Position numbers and translations under genes: made by a program. A stretch of DNA of 64,000 nucleotides from Ostreococcus lucimarinus (Eukaryota): NCBI GenBank assembly GCA_000092065.1, contig CP000599.1. One strand, written 5' to 3'. Under the pieces are notes generated by a model, which was not told the origin of the DNA, ran no database searches, and worked only from the letters and a program-made list of their open reading frames with translations. The stretch's first letter is position 1. Each line of letters opens with the position of its first letter. This document shows, piece by piece, positions 38,727-48,956 of this stretch.

Positions 38727-41700
38727 CTACCGCGCGCGTAATTCGTTAATTTTAAGCGTGAGATAGGCGGTGACGTCGTCGGAGGCCGGTGGCATGGACT
38801 CGGCGATGTAGACCAAGGTGGCGATCTCGCGCGCGGTGGCGCCGGCGCCGTCTAAGACGGCGTCGAAGACGCGCTCGGCGGCGGCCAAGGATACGGCGCC
38901 GGATTTCTTCACCGAGGCGTCCGCGATCGAGAGAGCCTTGTCGTCGTATTTCGCGCCGTCGATGACGCGGTATTGCTTTGAGGCGGATTTTGTGAGACCT
39001 GATTCGATCTCTTCGCGTCTGGCGTCGATTCGCGGTTGTAAATACGTCGCCGCGGCGTCGCTGAGGACGTAGGCGTATCGACCGCCGCCGCCGGCGAGCA
39101 CCAGCGCCAAAGTCTCGAGCTCGATCTTCGTGATTCCGGCGCCGTCGAAGACGCTTTCGTAAATTTTTTCCGCGCCGGCGCGATCGATTTCGCCTCTTTC
39201 CGCCATGAAAGTGTCCGCGAGGCACAGAGCGGCGTTGTCGTACCTGACGCCGCCGACGGTGCGATAGAATCCTTGAGGCGCTTTACGCTTTTGCGCGCGC
39301 TGTTGCTGCGTCAAAGCGTTCTTTTCCGTCAAACGTGCGTCGCGCAGTCGGGAACGGAGCTCCGCAGCGAGACCCGTGGCGTCGAGACCGCGCGCTGCGC
39401 ACTCGGCGATGAGTTCGTCGCGCTTCATTTTGCTCAACGCGGTGAGCGAGGACGGTTCGAAGACGATCGCCGGGCGTTCCTCACTCGCGGCGTCAACACC
39501 CGGCGAGGAGGTTTCAGTGCTGACGATTACGGGCGTCGGCGTCGATGGTGCCGGCACCTGCGCTCCGCTCGCGCGTTCAGCCGCGGTTTCGGCTTTCGCC
39601 GCGCGTTTGGCCAGAGCCTCCGTCTTGGCTTCGGCTTCCTTGATCGCAAGCGTCGCCGATGAAAGCTTGGCTTCGAGCTCTTCCAACTGCGTCGCGAATC
39701 GAGACTCGGCTTCCGCTAAATCGCTCGCCGCACGCTCAGCGATCGTCTGCGCCTCGACCGCAAATTCTTCTTGGGCTCGCTCGCGCGCAACATCGGCGTC
39801 GTCCTCGGCAGCGGCGAGCCGCGCCTCCATGCGTGCCAAATCTGCTCGCAATTCTCGCTCGACGTCGTCATTCAACGCGCTACTCGATGCCTCAACCTTT
39901 GCTCGCGCTTCCGTTAAGTTGCGCGTCAACTCGTCGCGCTCGGCGGCGATTGCCGCGAGCGCCGCCGCAGCCGCTTCCTGTTCGCTTCTGAGCTCGCGCG
40001 CCAGTTCGCTCGCGCGATCGTCTGCTTCGGCTAGCTTTCGCTCCAACTCATCGCTCATCGAACGCAGGCGCGTCGCCTCGGAAGCTTCAGCCCTGGTGCG
40101 CTCGATTTCATCTCTCAACTCCTCCTGCTCGAGTTCAGCGATTCGAAGTTTCTCTCGCCATGCGTTTTCTGCGCGTCGCGCGTCGTCGCGCGCGGCTTCG
40201 AGTTCAGAAGCCTCGACGAGACTCGCCGTCTTCGCTTTGAGGGCTTCAAAGCGCGCGTTGGCTTCGCTCGCACGGCGCTCGGCGTCGGTGAGTTGACCTT
40301 TTAAGCTCTCGAATGCCTCCGCCGCAGACGCGGCGGAGAGTTCGCGCGCTGATCCTTCTTCGACGAGGCGCTCTATGTCGCTCACAAGGCCGTCAGATTT
40401 GCTCGTTTCCTCGACCAATCGCGCGTCGACTCGGGACTTTTCTGCACGTAAGCGCTTGATTTCGACTTCTAGTGCGGTGAAGCGCTCCTCCACTTGCGCG
40501 ACGGCTGTTCTCGCCGCCGCTACGTTTTGTTCGCTCTGCGACATGGCGTCGTCGATGGATTTCTTGGACTCGGCGTACGCACGATCGACCTCGGACTTTT
40601 CGGCAACTAATTCATCGTACTTTGCTCGAATTTCGGCAATTCGCGCTTCAGATGAATCCACCGCCGTCGCAAGCTTTGCTTCGCTCACGCGTAAAGCCTC
40701 CGCAATGCGCTCGCGTTCTTTTTCAGACGCAACGGCGTTTTCTGCCGCCTTTGCTTCCAATTCGGCGAGAGCATTACGCACGTCATTTCGCTCTTCAACC
40801 AGGCGGTCGATCTCACCTTGTCGACGCAATGCTTCGTTTGCCGCGGCGGCGTTGATAGCGTCCTTTTCAGCGCTAGAAGCCGATTTCAAACTCGAGATTT
40901 CACTCGCATACGTGCGTGCACTCTCGGAAGCGGCTTTCTCCGCCTTGTTGAGCTCGTCGGTTTTAGCTTGCAATTGCCCGCGCAAAGTTTCGCACTCGGC
41001 TCGCGATGCATCCAGCGCCGTAGAATCTACCGCATTTGCGAGTTCACGCTCAAACGCACTCTTTTCCTCAGTCAATCTCGCGACGGTTTCTTGTAACTTT
41101 GCCATATCGCTTAACCGCGCGTTTTGCTCGCCGTCGAGTCGCGACTGTGCCGCCGCCTTTTCTTCTTGAACTCGCGCGAGCGCTTGACGCAATTCGAGCG
41201 CTTGCGATTCCGCGCGAGCTTCGGCACTCTTGAGCGTCTCCAGCGCAGATTCCTTCTCTGCGCGAAGTCGCTCAATCTCGCTCTTCATTTGCTCCTTCTC
41301 CGCTCGGCTCGACTCGTTGAGCGAACGCTCCATCTGAGCAACGGAGTCTCGCATCTCTTGCAGTTGTGCTTGCGCTTGTTTAGTTTCCGCGGAAGCGGCG
41401 TCAAGGGCTCGCGACATTTTGAGCGTCGCGTACGATTGCTCGTTCGCGCTTCTCGTTTCGAGTTTCGCCTCCACCTTGGCGAGTGCCGCGCGCGCGGTCG
41501 CGGCGTCTTCCATCGCTACTTCGGCTTCGCGCTTGGCGTCGTAGAGCTCTCGCGCAGTTTTGTCTTCATCGAGCAAAGTCGCAAATTGCTTCTCCAATCT
41601 TGCTGAATTTTCAATAGCCTTCTTCGCGTCAGCTTCGAGATTCTTGATCCGCCGCTCTTCGTTGGCGTATTGATGCTCGAGTTCGCGACGACGTTGATCC

Positions 41701-44276
41701 GCGGCGAGGGTCACTTTCCTCAATTCGAACGCGGCGTCCCGCTCCACGATTTCGGCGGCGCGTTCAGCCTCGCGAAGCATGCGCGTCAAGTCGGAAACTT
41801 GCGTCTTCAATTCGGCGTTTTCCGTCATCAACGCCTTGACACGCCCTTCGAGTGCGCCGGCACGCATATCATCGCGCTCAAGCGCCTTGTTGGCCGTGCG
41901 AAGTTCGCTGACTGCGCGCTCGAGTTCGCTGACCTTCGCTTTGAGTTGCTTTACGCGCGCGATGGCTTCGTCCTTGGCGATTTCTTCCGAGCGAACGCGG
42001 TCTTTGAGTTTTGCCACCTCATCGACAGTCATCCCAGATACACCTTCGAGCTCGGAGACGCGCGCATCCGTCTTGCGTTCGACTTGAGTGCGTTGGTACG
42101 TGTACTCCAACTGCACTTTTTCCAGACGCGAAGTCACCTCGCGGCACTCTTCGCTCAATTCATCGTTCCTCGCGTTGGACGCCTTCAGTTCGTCTTCCAA
42201 ATTACGCACGCGTTCGCCCAAGTTGCGCGCTTTTTCGTCGCTCTGCGAAGCAGACGTCATGGATTTTGCGACAAGCACTTGCAACTCTTCTTCCATTTCC
42301 TTTACCTTGAGCTGCTCCGCTTCGAGTTTTTGCGTGAGAGAGAACTCAACTGCCATTTGCTTCCCGAGCTCTGCTTTGGCGGTTTCCAAGCTCTGAAGCG
42401 CTTCGTCGACATCTGTTTCACTGGTGGTGCGCTTGCTCATGAAAACGTTGATATTTTCGATCCAAGCGGCGACGGGCATGCCGACTGAGGTTTCAATAGA
42501 CGGAATTTCCGGCGATGACTCCGGCTGCGTTGGCTCTTCCTTCGTCTCCGTCGCTTGAGCTTCGATCTTGGCTTGTTCGCGCTCGCGTTCTTCCTGCGCC
42601 GCCTTGGCCTTAGCCTCGCGTTCCTCCTGCGCCGCCTTGGCCTTAGCCGCGCGTTCCTCCTGCGCCGCCTTGGCCTTAGCCGCGCGTTCCTCCTGCGCCG
42701 CCTTGGCCTTAGCCGCGCGTTCCTCCTGCGCCGCCTTGGCCTTAGCCGCGCGTTCCTCCTGCGCCGCCTTAGCCTTGGCCTTGGCCTCGCGTTGTTGGCG
42801 CTCGCGTTCTTCCTGCGCCGCCTTGGCTTTGGCTTCGCGCTCTCTTTGAGACGCTTGGGCTTTCAAATCGCGCTCGCGCTGTTCGCGTTCACGTTTCTCT
42901 ACGAGTGCCTTTGCTTTGGCTTCGCGCTCGCGCTGCTGACGCTCGCGCGTCTCCTCTTGCTCGCGTTTGCGCTTCAAGCGGTCGAGCTCCGCCGCCTTGG
43001 CTTTCGCCTCGCGCGCTTGCACGGCGCGAATCTCCTCCTGCTCGCGCAAGAAGACGGCATTCTTCATCGCTGCCTTTTCAGTGTCTCGGGCTTTATAATA
43101 GACGTCGATCGCCGCGAGCACAGACGCCGGAATCTTGTTGCGAGGCGTCTGTTCTTCCATATCGGCGATAGTCTTGCAAACGGCGGCGTCAAGCTCGTCG
43201 CTCGAAGCCGCGAGCTTAGCCGCGAGCTCTGGCGCGCCCGAGATTTGCGAAAAAGCCTCCGCGAAGTCCAAACGAAGCGCTTGTCGACCTTCGGTCGTGG
43301 TGAGCAAACGCCTGTACACGGTGCCGTAATACGCCGTGACGACGAAACCGACGAGCTGTTCGAGCGCCGCGAGCGGCGGGTTGGATTCTAAACTCGACAA
43401 AACGGCGTCAATGGAAACCGTGGACAACACCGCCGTGACCGCGATCCCGGTCACGGCGCTGTACGCCACGCCCTGACGCAACGCGCGCTCGCGCGTGCGC
43501 TCGTACTCTTCCCAACTCGAATTCGCCTCGGCGTCGAATTCGCCATCCTTGTACTTTTTCAAATCCTCCAACAAGCTCGTCGTCTCTTTCGCCGTCTTCG
43601 CCGTCAGCGCCTTCACCGTCGCCTCCGCCTCGCTCTCATCTTTCGCCGCGAGCAAACTCGCGATCTTAGAGCTTATAAACGCCGCCTTCTTCGCCGCGTC
43701 CGCGAGCTCCGCCGGAATCGCTTCGTCTTCGTTCGCCCGCGCCTCCCGCGTCGATCGATCCAGCACTCGCCTTCCCGCGTCTCGCGCCCTCGACACCACC
43801 GCCGACGACGTCTCCGACTCTTCCTCTTCGTTTCCCGTCTCTCCCGTCGCTTTCACGATCGCGATTCGCTTCGATTCGCGTCGTCGTCGCGCCTTCGCCG
43901 CGCCTCGCGCGCCTCGTCGCGCCCCGCCGTCGATCCTTCCCGCCACCGTCGCCGCGATCGCCATCGCGACGCCCCCGGACGACGCGAGCGGTCGCGTCGC
44001 GTCGACGCGCGCGCGCGCGGTCGCGCTCGGTGCGCGCGCGCGACGAGCGCCGCGCGCGGGATCGGCAGACGGCGCTGCGATTTCAAACTTCGCGCGTCGA
44101 TTTCGTCGCGAAACCGCGTCCGCGGCGCGCGAGATTCGCGCGAGGCGCTCGCGTTCGCGCGCGCTCGCGTTCGGCGCGCGCTCGCGTCGCGCGTCGCGCG
44201 CGCGTGTGCGGTCGGCGAGGCGCGCGTTCGACGACGGTCGACCGCGCGGGTGGGTAAACAGTGCGGTACATTTCAT
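38727..44276 (-). CDS. Giant (1849 aa) TM + coiled-coil + C-terminal SAP-domain protein (MFP1-like architecture)
   Basis: N-terminal TM helices (GVAYSAVTGIAVTAVLSTV..., LVGFVVTAYYGTVY). ~1300 aa of E/K/A/R-rich coiled coil including (AAKAKAAQEER)n. C-terminus has a SAP motif (LSKMKRDELIAECAARGLDATGLAAELRSRL) and two related ~90-aa modules (GVRYDNAALCLAD.../DGAKYDDKALSIAD...). Confidence 0.7.
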   Translation of the reverse strand: MKCTALFTHPRGRPSSNARLADRTRARDARRERAPNASARERERLARISRAADAVSRRNRRAKFEIAAPSADPARGARRARAPSATARARVDATRPLASSGGVAMAIAATVAGRIDGGARRGARGAAKARRRRESKRIAIVKATGETGNEEEESETSSAVVSRARDAGRRVLDRSTREARANEDEAIPAELADAAKKAAFISSKIASLLAAKDESEAEATVKALTAKTAKETTSLLEDLKKYKDGEFDAEANSSWEEYERTRERALRQGVAYSAVTGIAVTAVLSTVSIDAVLSSLESNPPLAALEQLVGFVVTAYYGTVYRRLLTTTEGRQALRLDFAEAFSQISGAPELAAKLAASSDELDAAVCKTIADMEEQTPRNKIPASVLAAIDVYYKARDTEKAAMKNAVFLREQEEIRAVQAREAKAKAAELDRLKRKREQEETRERQQREREAKAKALVEKREREQRERDLKAQASQREREAKAKAAQEERERQQREAKAKAKAAQEERAAKAKAAQEERAAKAKAAQEERAAKAKAAQEERAAKAKAAQEEREAKAKAAQEEREREQAKIEAQATETKEEPTQPESSPEIPSIETSVGMPVAAWIENINVFMSKRTTSETDVDEALQSLETAKAELGKQMAVEFSLTQKLEAEQLKVKEMEEELQVLVAKSMTSASQSDEKARNLGERVRNLEDELKASNARNDELSEECREVTSRLEKVQLEYTYQRTQVERKTDARVSELEGVSGMTVDEVAKLKDRVRSEEIAKDEAIARVKQLKAKVSELERAVSELRTANKALERDDMRAGALEGRVKALMTENAELKTQVSDLTRMLREAERAAEIVERDAAFELRKVTLAADQRRRELEHQYANEERRIKNLEADAKKAIENSARLEKQFATLLDEDKTARELYDAKREAEVAMEDAATARAALAKVEAKLETRSANEQSYATLKMSRALDAASAETKQAQAQLQEMRDSVAQMERSLNESSRAEKEQMKSEIERLRAEKESALETLKSAEARAESQALELRQALARVQEEKAAAQSRLDGEQNARLSDMAKLQETVARLTEEKSAFERELANAVDSTALDASRAECETLRGQLQAKTDELNKAEKAASESARTYASEISSLKSASSAEKDAINAAAANEALRRQGEIDRLVEERNDVRNALAELEAKAAENAVASEKERERIAEALRVSEAKLATAVDSSEARIAEIRAKYDELVAEKSEVDRAYAESKKSIDDAMSQSEQNVAAARTAVAQVEERFTALEVEIKRLRAEKSRVDARLVEETSKSDGLVSDIERLVEEGSARELSAASAAEAFESLKGQLTDAERRASEANARFEALKAKTASLVEASELEAARDDARRAENAWREKLRIAELEQEELRDEIERTRAEASEATRLRSMSDELERKLAEADDRASELARELRSEQEAAAAALAAIAAERDELTRNLTEARAKVEASSSALNDDVERELRADLARMEARLAAAEDDADVARERAQEEFAVEAQTIAERAASDLAEAESRFATQLEELEAKLSSATLAIKEAEAKTEALAKRAAKAETAAERASGAQVPAPSTPTPVIVSTETSSPGVDAASEERPAIVFEPSSLTALSKMKRDELIAECAARGLDATGLAAELRSRLRDARLTEKNALTQQQRAQKRKAPQGFYRTVGGVRYDNAALCLADTFMAERGEIDRAGAEKIYESVFDGAGITKIELETLALVLAGGGGRYAYVLSDAAATYLQPRIDARREEIESGLTKSASKQYRVIDGAKYDDKALSIADASVKKSGAVSLAAAERVFDAVLDGAGATAREIATLVYIAESMPPASDDVTAYLTLKINELRAR
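42585..42782. repeat. 33-bp coding tandem repeat x6 (near-perfect; degenerate copies extend to ~42900) inside the giant coiled-coil gene
   Basis: GCGTTCCTCCTGCGCCGCCTTGGCCTTAGCCGC repeated; encodes AAKAKAAQEER on the minus strand. Confidence 0.9.
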
Positions 44277-44315
44277 CGGTCGGTCGGACGCTCGACGGCA
44301 TCGATCGAGTCGCGC

Positions 44316-44901
44316 TCACGCGGCGGGCGCGCTCGATCGCGTCGGACGCGAGCCTCGTAAGCGCGGCTGTCGGACGCGCTCGAAGAATTCTTGCCAAAAC
44401 GGGAGCTCGTACGCGCGACCGACCTCGCGAGCGATGTCCCACGCCGAGACGAGGCCGACGAAGACGCCGTCTCGGTCGGTGACGGCGACGTGGTGCACGC
44501 GATTGCGCATCAGCACGGCGCTCACCTCATCGCGCGTCATCCACGGACTCGCCTGAATCACCGCCTTGTTCGCCACCGCGCCGCACGCGCAGTCCATGGG
44601 AAGCTTTTCGAGCCACCACTCCAGCGCGTCCGCCTTGGTGACGACGCCGACCGGTTTCCCGGCGTCGAGCACGCACACGCACCCGACGCCGTCGTAGGCC
44701 AGCGCGTGTACGACGCTCTCGATCGTATCGTCCGTCGTCGCCGTGATGCACCTGCGCGAGCGAAACGCGCGCGCGCGGTTCAGTCGAACGTCCTCGCGCG
44801 CGCCGTCGCCTCGTCGTCTCGCGCGTCGCCGCGTCGCGCGTCGTCGCCTCGCGCACGCACGCGCGCGCGGGGGTCATGAAATCTCGGCACGTCGGCACCA
44901 T
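44316..44901 (-). CDS. CBS-domain protein (158 aa); 2 exons: 44861..44901 and 44316..44751
   Basis: Exon 1 is MVPTCRDFMTPARA + gc, followed by a GTGCGT donor at 44860. The acceptor ..TCGCGCAG| is at 44752/44753. Spliced, the product reads DFMTPARACITATTDDTIESVVHALAYDGVGCVCVLDAGKPVGVVTKADAL (classic CBS). The downstream ORF in the track starts on GTG. Confidence 0.7.
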
Positions 44902-45308
44902 CGTCGGCGAGTCGCGCGTTCGGTCGGTCGGTCGGTCCGTCGGTCGCGCGTTCGTTCGTTCGGTCGCGCGTCGAGCTTTGCGAACTCCCCCCCCCGTCGG
45001 TTCGAGGCGCTTTGATGCGTCGTCTAAATATCTAATTATATGGCCCTATACCATTCTTAGTACGGTCTCGTACTCGTATTTAAGTATACATACCATCTGT
45101 ATACATAGGAGAGCCGTTGCGACGCCCGCGCGGCACACGTCCACGCGCGCCCGCGTCCTCGCGCGGCGCCGGCGCGCGCGCGCGCGGCGCGACCCGATCG
45201 TGTTCGCCCCCGCGCGCGCCCGCATGCGCGCTCGCGCGCTCGAACGCGCCGCGGACGAAGGATTCGACGAATAATCTTTAGAATTTCACATTCGCACTCG
45301 CGCGCGCG

Positions 45309-47375
45309 ATGTCGCGCGACGCGCTCGGAGAACGCTCGACGCGGACGTTGACGGCGTACGGACGTCCGTCGACGTCGCCGCTGGCGGAGAGCGCGAGAGA
45401 ACTGGCGAGGACGACGATGGCGGGACGACTTCGGGACGCGGCGACGACGACGCGACGAGGACGGCGAGACGACGAGGGCGAGGACGAGTACGAGAGCGCG
45501 ACGACGACGAGCGAGACGACGAGCGCGACGGCGAGTTTGATTGGGTCGTCGGTGATCGAATTCGGGCGCGAGCGGGAGGGCGCGAGGAGACTGCGGGGGA
45601 GGGATCGGTTCGGAACGGCGGCGCGGCGCGAACGATTCGAAGAGTCGAAGCGAACGGCGAAGACGCGAGGGACGTTTGACGTGGCGGAGAACGCGAGATT
45701 GGCGCTCGAGGCGAAGGAGGCGCAGTTGCAGAAGATGGCGGCGCGATTGCGAGCGTTGGAGCGCGAGCGGGAGCGGGAGCGCGGGCGTGAGATGGACGAG
45801 GAGCGGGAGACGTTTGCCGACGCGGCGAACGATTTAGAGGGGGAGATGGCGGCGGCGATGGCGAGGTTACGAGGCGACGCTGGCGGCGCGACGACGTCGC
45901 GTCAGCAGACGACGAAGTCGTCGCGCGCGCGCGAGGACGCGGGCACGTTTGCGTTCGCCCCGGATGCTTTCGCGAGTCGCGACGGCGACGACCCCGCGAC
46001 GCCCGAGCTGCCGCGCGGGCGAGGCAAAGCGGAGGAACACGGCGATGACGTCGAGATGACGAAGACGCCGGAGATAAAGCCGATGCACCCACCGCGCGCG
46101 CCACCGTCAGAGCGCTCGGACGCCGAGATTTCGGAGTCGAAGACGCCTGAACCGATCAAACCAGGCGTACGCGTGGACGGCGGATACCTCACGCCGAGCG
46201 GTCGAGTCGTCGGGAGCGCGTTGAAATCGGGTTCGTCGAAGCCGAAGACGCCGAACGAATCCAAGTCCGTCGTATTCACACCCGGAGAGATCGCGCAGTA
46301 CTCGGACGCGGGAACGCCGTTCGACGCGGCCGATGTAGAAGAGTTGCGCGCCGAGCTCCGCGAAGTCAGGGCGGCGCTCAAGAGCGCGTTCAGCGTGAGT
46401 GAAAAACTCGTCGCGCAGTGCGAAAAGAAGAATAGGGAGATCAAGGAAAAGAATACGAGCGTCATGCTCGCGCGCGAGGAGCTGGAGAACGCGCGCGCAG
46501 CGCTCGAGCGAGCGCAAAAAGAAGCGCTAGAGGCGAAGAAGTCCGTCGCCGGCGTCCCGGCGGGCGATCTCGCCGAGGCGTACGAAAAGAGCAAACGTTT
46601 GAATAGCGAACTCTTGCGCGTGATGCGCGCGTCGATCGGGGTGAATGTCGAATTAAGTCCGGACGTTGTGTTCGCAATTCTACCCACGCTCGCGAGCTTA
46701 GCCGTGCGGGGAGACGTCGCCGAGGCCATGGCGCAGGGCGGCGCCTTGGACGCCCTCGCGGGAGCGTTGGATTTGTTCGCGCACGACCCCGCGGTTTGTC
46801 GCAAAGCCATCGCCGCGATCGAATCTATTTGTCGCGCCGGATCTCCCGACGCTAGCGGGGCGACTCAAGACGAAGAGATCATCGCCATTCGCTCGAGATT
46901 GACGAACGAAGCCGTGGACGCGTGCGGCGCCGCCGTGGCGCGATGCGCGTACGATCACGTCGCCGACGCGCGATTGAGCGAAGCCATTTGCGCGCTCGCG
47001 CACGCGTTCGCCGAGATCGGCGATTATGATCGCGTTCAGTTCTTGATTGGACGTGAATGCGCGCTGGTGCAAGCGATTTGCAAGATCTCTAAGACGCACG
47101 AGCACGACGAGCGAACGCAGCGCGCGTCTTCGTTGGCGCTCGCCGCGTTCGCCGCGTGCGACGAGAACACCAAGCGCGTCGTCGAAAGTCTCGGTGGCAT
47201 CGCGCTCATCAAGCGGTGCGTGCAGGAACTCGGAATAGATGACGCGCAGCGCGCGTTTCCGCACGTCAAGCGATGGATTTCCGGGAAGAAGACGCGCGAG
47301 GACAGAGAACGCGGCGCCCGCGGTTTCGACTCGGACGACGGCGAAGCCGACGTCGACGTCACGGGAAATCTATGA
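45309..47375 (+). CDS. Hypothetical protein: acidic/coiled-coil N-half and armadillo-like helical-repeat C-half (688 aa)
   Basis: ATG start. ERERERG coiled coil. The C-terminal ~250 aa are ARM/HEAT-like repeats (...GGALDALAGALDLFAHDPAVCRKAIAAIESICRAG...). Confidence 0.5.
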   Translation: MSRDALGERSTRTLTAYGRPSTSPLAESARELARTTMAGRLRDAATTTRRGRRDDEGEDEYESATTTSETTSATASLIGSSVIEFGREREGARRLRGRDRFGTAARRERFEESKRTAKTRGTFDVAENARLALEAKEAQLQKMAARLRALERERERERGREMDEERETFADAANDLEGEMAAAMARLRGDAGGATTSRQQTTKSSRAREDAGTFAFAPDAFASRDGDDPATPELPRGRGKAEEHGDDVEMTKTPEIKPMHPPRAPPSERSDAEISESKTPEPIKPGVRVDGGYLTPSGRVVGSALKSGSSKPKTPNESKSVVFTPGEIAQYSDAGTPFDAADVEELRAELREVRAALKSAFSVSEKLVAQCEKKNREIKEKNTSVMLAREELENARAALERAQKEALEAKKSVAGVPAGDLAEAYEKSKRLNSELLRVMRASIGVNVELSPDVVFAILPTLASLAVRGDVAEAMAQGGALDALAGALDLFAHDPAVCRKAIAAIESICRAGSPDASGATQDEEIIAIRSRLTNEAVDACGAAVARCAYDHVADARLSEAICALAHAFAEIGDYDRVQFLIGRECALVQAICKISKTHEHDERTQRASSLALAAFAACDENTKRVVESLGGIALIKRCVQELGIDDAQRAFPHVKRWISGKKTREDRERGARGFDSDDGEADVDVTGNL

Positions 47376-47459
47376 TGAATCTTAGTGTTGGCTATTTATA
47401 ATCTAATTTCTACTAGCAGCGATCGAACGAGCGTTTCGCCCGACTCGGCCGCGCCCGCG

Positions 47460-48602
47460 CTAACTCGACGCGTCGTCCGAACGTTTCTCTCGCGCGCCGA
47501 TGAACGCCGACATTTCCACCGCCGCCGTTCGAGTCGGCGACGCGTACGCGTCGTCGTCGTCGTCGTCGTCGTCGTCCATCGTCGCGCGCGTGAGCACGAC
47601 GAACCCATCGCCCGCGGCTCGAGCCCCGCCCTCGTCGTCGCCCTCGTCGTCGTCGCTCGCGAAATCGACGTCGTCCGCGAGATCTCCCAACCCCGTCTGC
47701 GCGTCCTCCGCGCCGACCCCCCGCGCTCGCGCCGAGAGCCGCGCGCACCCGAACGCCGTCGCCAACTCCACCGCCATCTCCCCTCGCGCCGGGTGCGCCA
47801 ACACGAACACGATCGCGTGCACCGCCCCCTGCGACGTCTTACACGCGACGTGCGCGCACGCGAGCCACAGCGCCGGCTTCGCTCGCCCCGCCAGCGTCGA
47901 CGCCCGCAGCGCCGTCCCCGGCACGTTCGTCACCACCTGCGCGATCGGGTACCACGCCAACCGTCGCACGTACGTCCGCAATCGCGCGTGCGCTCGCCGC
48001 GCCGTCGCGTCGTCGCGCCCCAACGTCGCCTCGAGCGCCGCCGCGCTCGCCATCCCGCGACGAATCGCGCGCCAGCAGCGCGCGTTGTAACAAAACGCCG
48101 CCCAAATCGGGACGTAATAAAAAACCAACCGGATTGTCGCCGCGCGCCTCCCCTCCGATTTCACGTGACACCGCCCCAGCCTCGAATCGCCGTACGCGTT
48201 CGCGAGCATCGGCGCGAGCGCCGACGCCGCGCACGCCGTCCACGCGAATCCGTCCTCGCGTCGCGCGTCGCCCCTCGCGCGTCCCGCGCGCAGGCTCTCC
48301 ATCAGCGCCCGCGACACGAGCGCCGCCCACACCGCGCCGGCGACGCCGAACGTCTGTATCAACGCGCCCTGCAAAGCGCAGATCGCGCCGCCGCGCGCGC
48401 CGCGATCGCCGAGCGCGCACGCCGTCGAAAACATCAAATCGCTCAGCGCCAATCGTTTCACGTACGCGTACGTCCTGCCGCGCGTACTGCGCGTCGCGAT
48501 CGCGCCCGCGAGGAGCACGAACGACGCGCCGGCGATCGACGCCGCTGAAGCGACGCGGTTCGTCGCGCGCACGATCGCGCGTTCGTCGGGCGTCCACGAC
48601 AT
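47460..48602 (-). CDS. Seven-transmembrane receptor-like protein (possible GPCR, cAMP-receptor/GCR1-like), 381 aa, acidic C-tail
   Basis: Start ATG 48602 (MSWTPDERAIV...). 6-7 hydrophobic helices. The long poly-D C-terminal tail is cytosolic-like. The rest of the track ORF up to 49727 is antisense of the USP gene and was rejected. Confidence 0.4.
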   Translation of the reverse strand: MSWTPDERAIVRATNRVASAASIAGASFVLLAGAIATRSTRGRTYAYVKRLALSDLMFSTACALGDRGARGGAICALQGALIQTFGVAGAVWAALVSRALMESLRAGRARGDARREDGFAWTACAASALAPMLANAYGDSRLGRCHVKSEGRRAATIRLVFYYVPIWAAFCYNARCWRAIRRGMASAAALEATLGRDDATARRAHARLRTYVRRLAWYPIAQVVTNVPGTALRASTLAGRAKPALWLACAHVACKTSQGAVHAIVFVLAHPARGEMAVELATAFGCARLSARARGVGAEDAQTGLGDLADDVDFASDDDEGDDEGGARAAGDGFVVLTRATMDDDDDDDDDAYASPTRTAAVEMSAFIGAREKRSDDASS

Positions 48603-48825
48603 TGTGGATTGAAAATTCGCGATCCGATGATTCGCGTCGCGATCGCGCGGCGTTCGGTTCGACGCGCGTCTCGATCGTCTCGGAACGTGTTCGCGATCGT
48701 TTACGACGCGTCGACGCGTCGACGCGCGGCGCGCGCGCGGCGCGATCGCGCGATTCGACGCGGGGGCGATCGATCGACGGCGGTGATTCGCGGACGCGAA
48801 CGCGAACCGTCGCGATCGGACACTC

Positions 48826-48905
48826 GGGTATAGGTATTGTGTTTCATATGATAAATATAATGTATAGAACGTGATAGTAATAAAAGGTAGTCGTATATAT
48901 AGGAT
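48826..48905. promoter_or_regulatory. AT-rich island with TATA boxes (GATAAATATAATG; CGTATATATAGG) ~55 bp upstream of the USP ATG
   Basis: The only strongly AT-rich stretch in the 355-bp divergent 7TM/USP promoter. TATATATA at ~48893. Confidence 0.5.
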
Positions 48906-48956
48906 GCACGTCGTGCGCGACGGCCGGCCGCGACGGTTCGCGCGACACGACGACGC

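Noticed and set aside
42585-42900. Regular 33-bp direct repeats that could suggest a CRISPR-like array
   Set aside because: The repeats are in-frame coding repeats of a eukaryotic coiled-coil protein (AAKAKAAQEER), with no spacers of unique sequence. The window is eukaryotic nuclear DNA.
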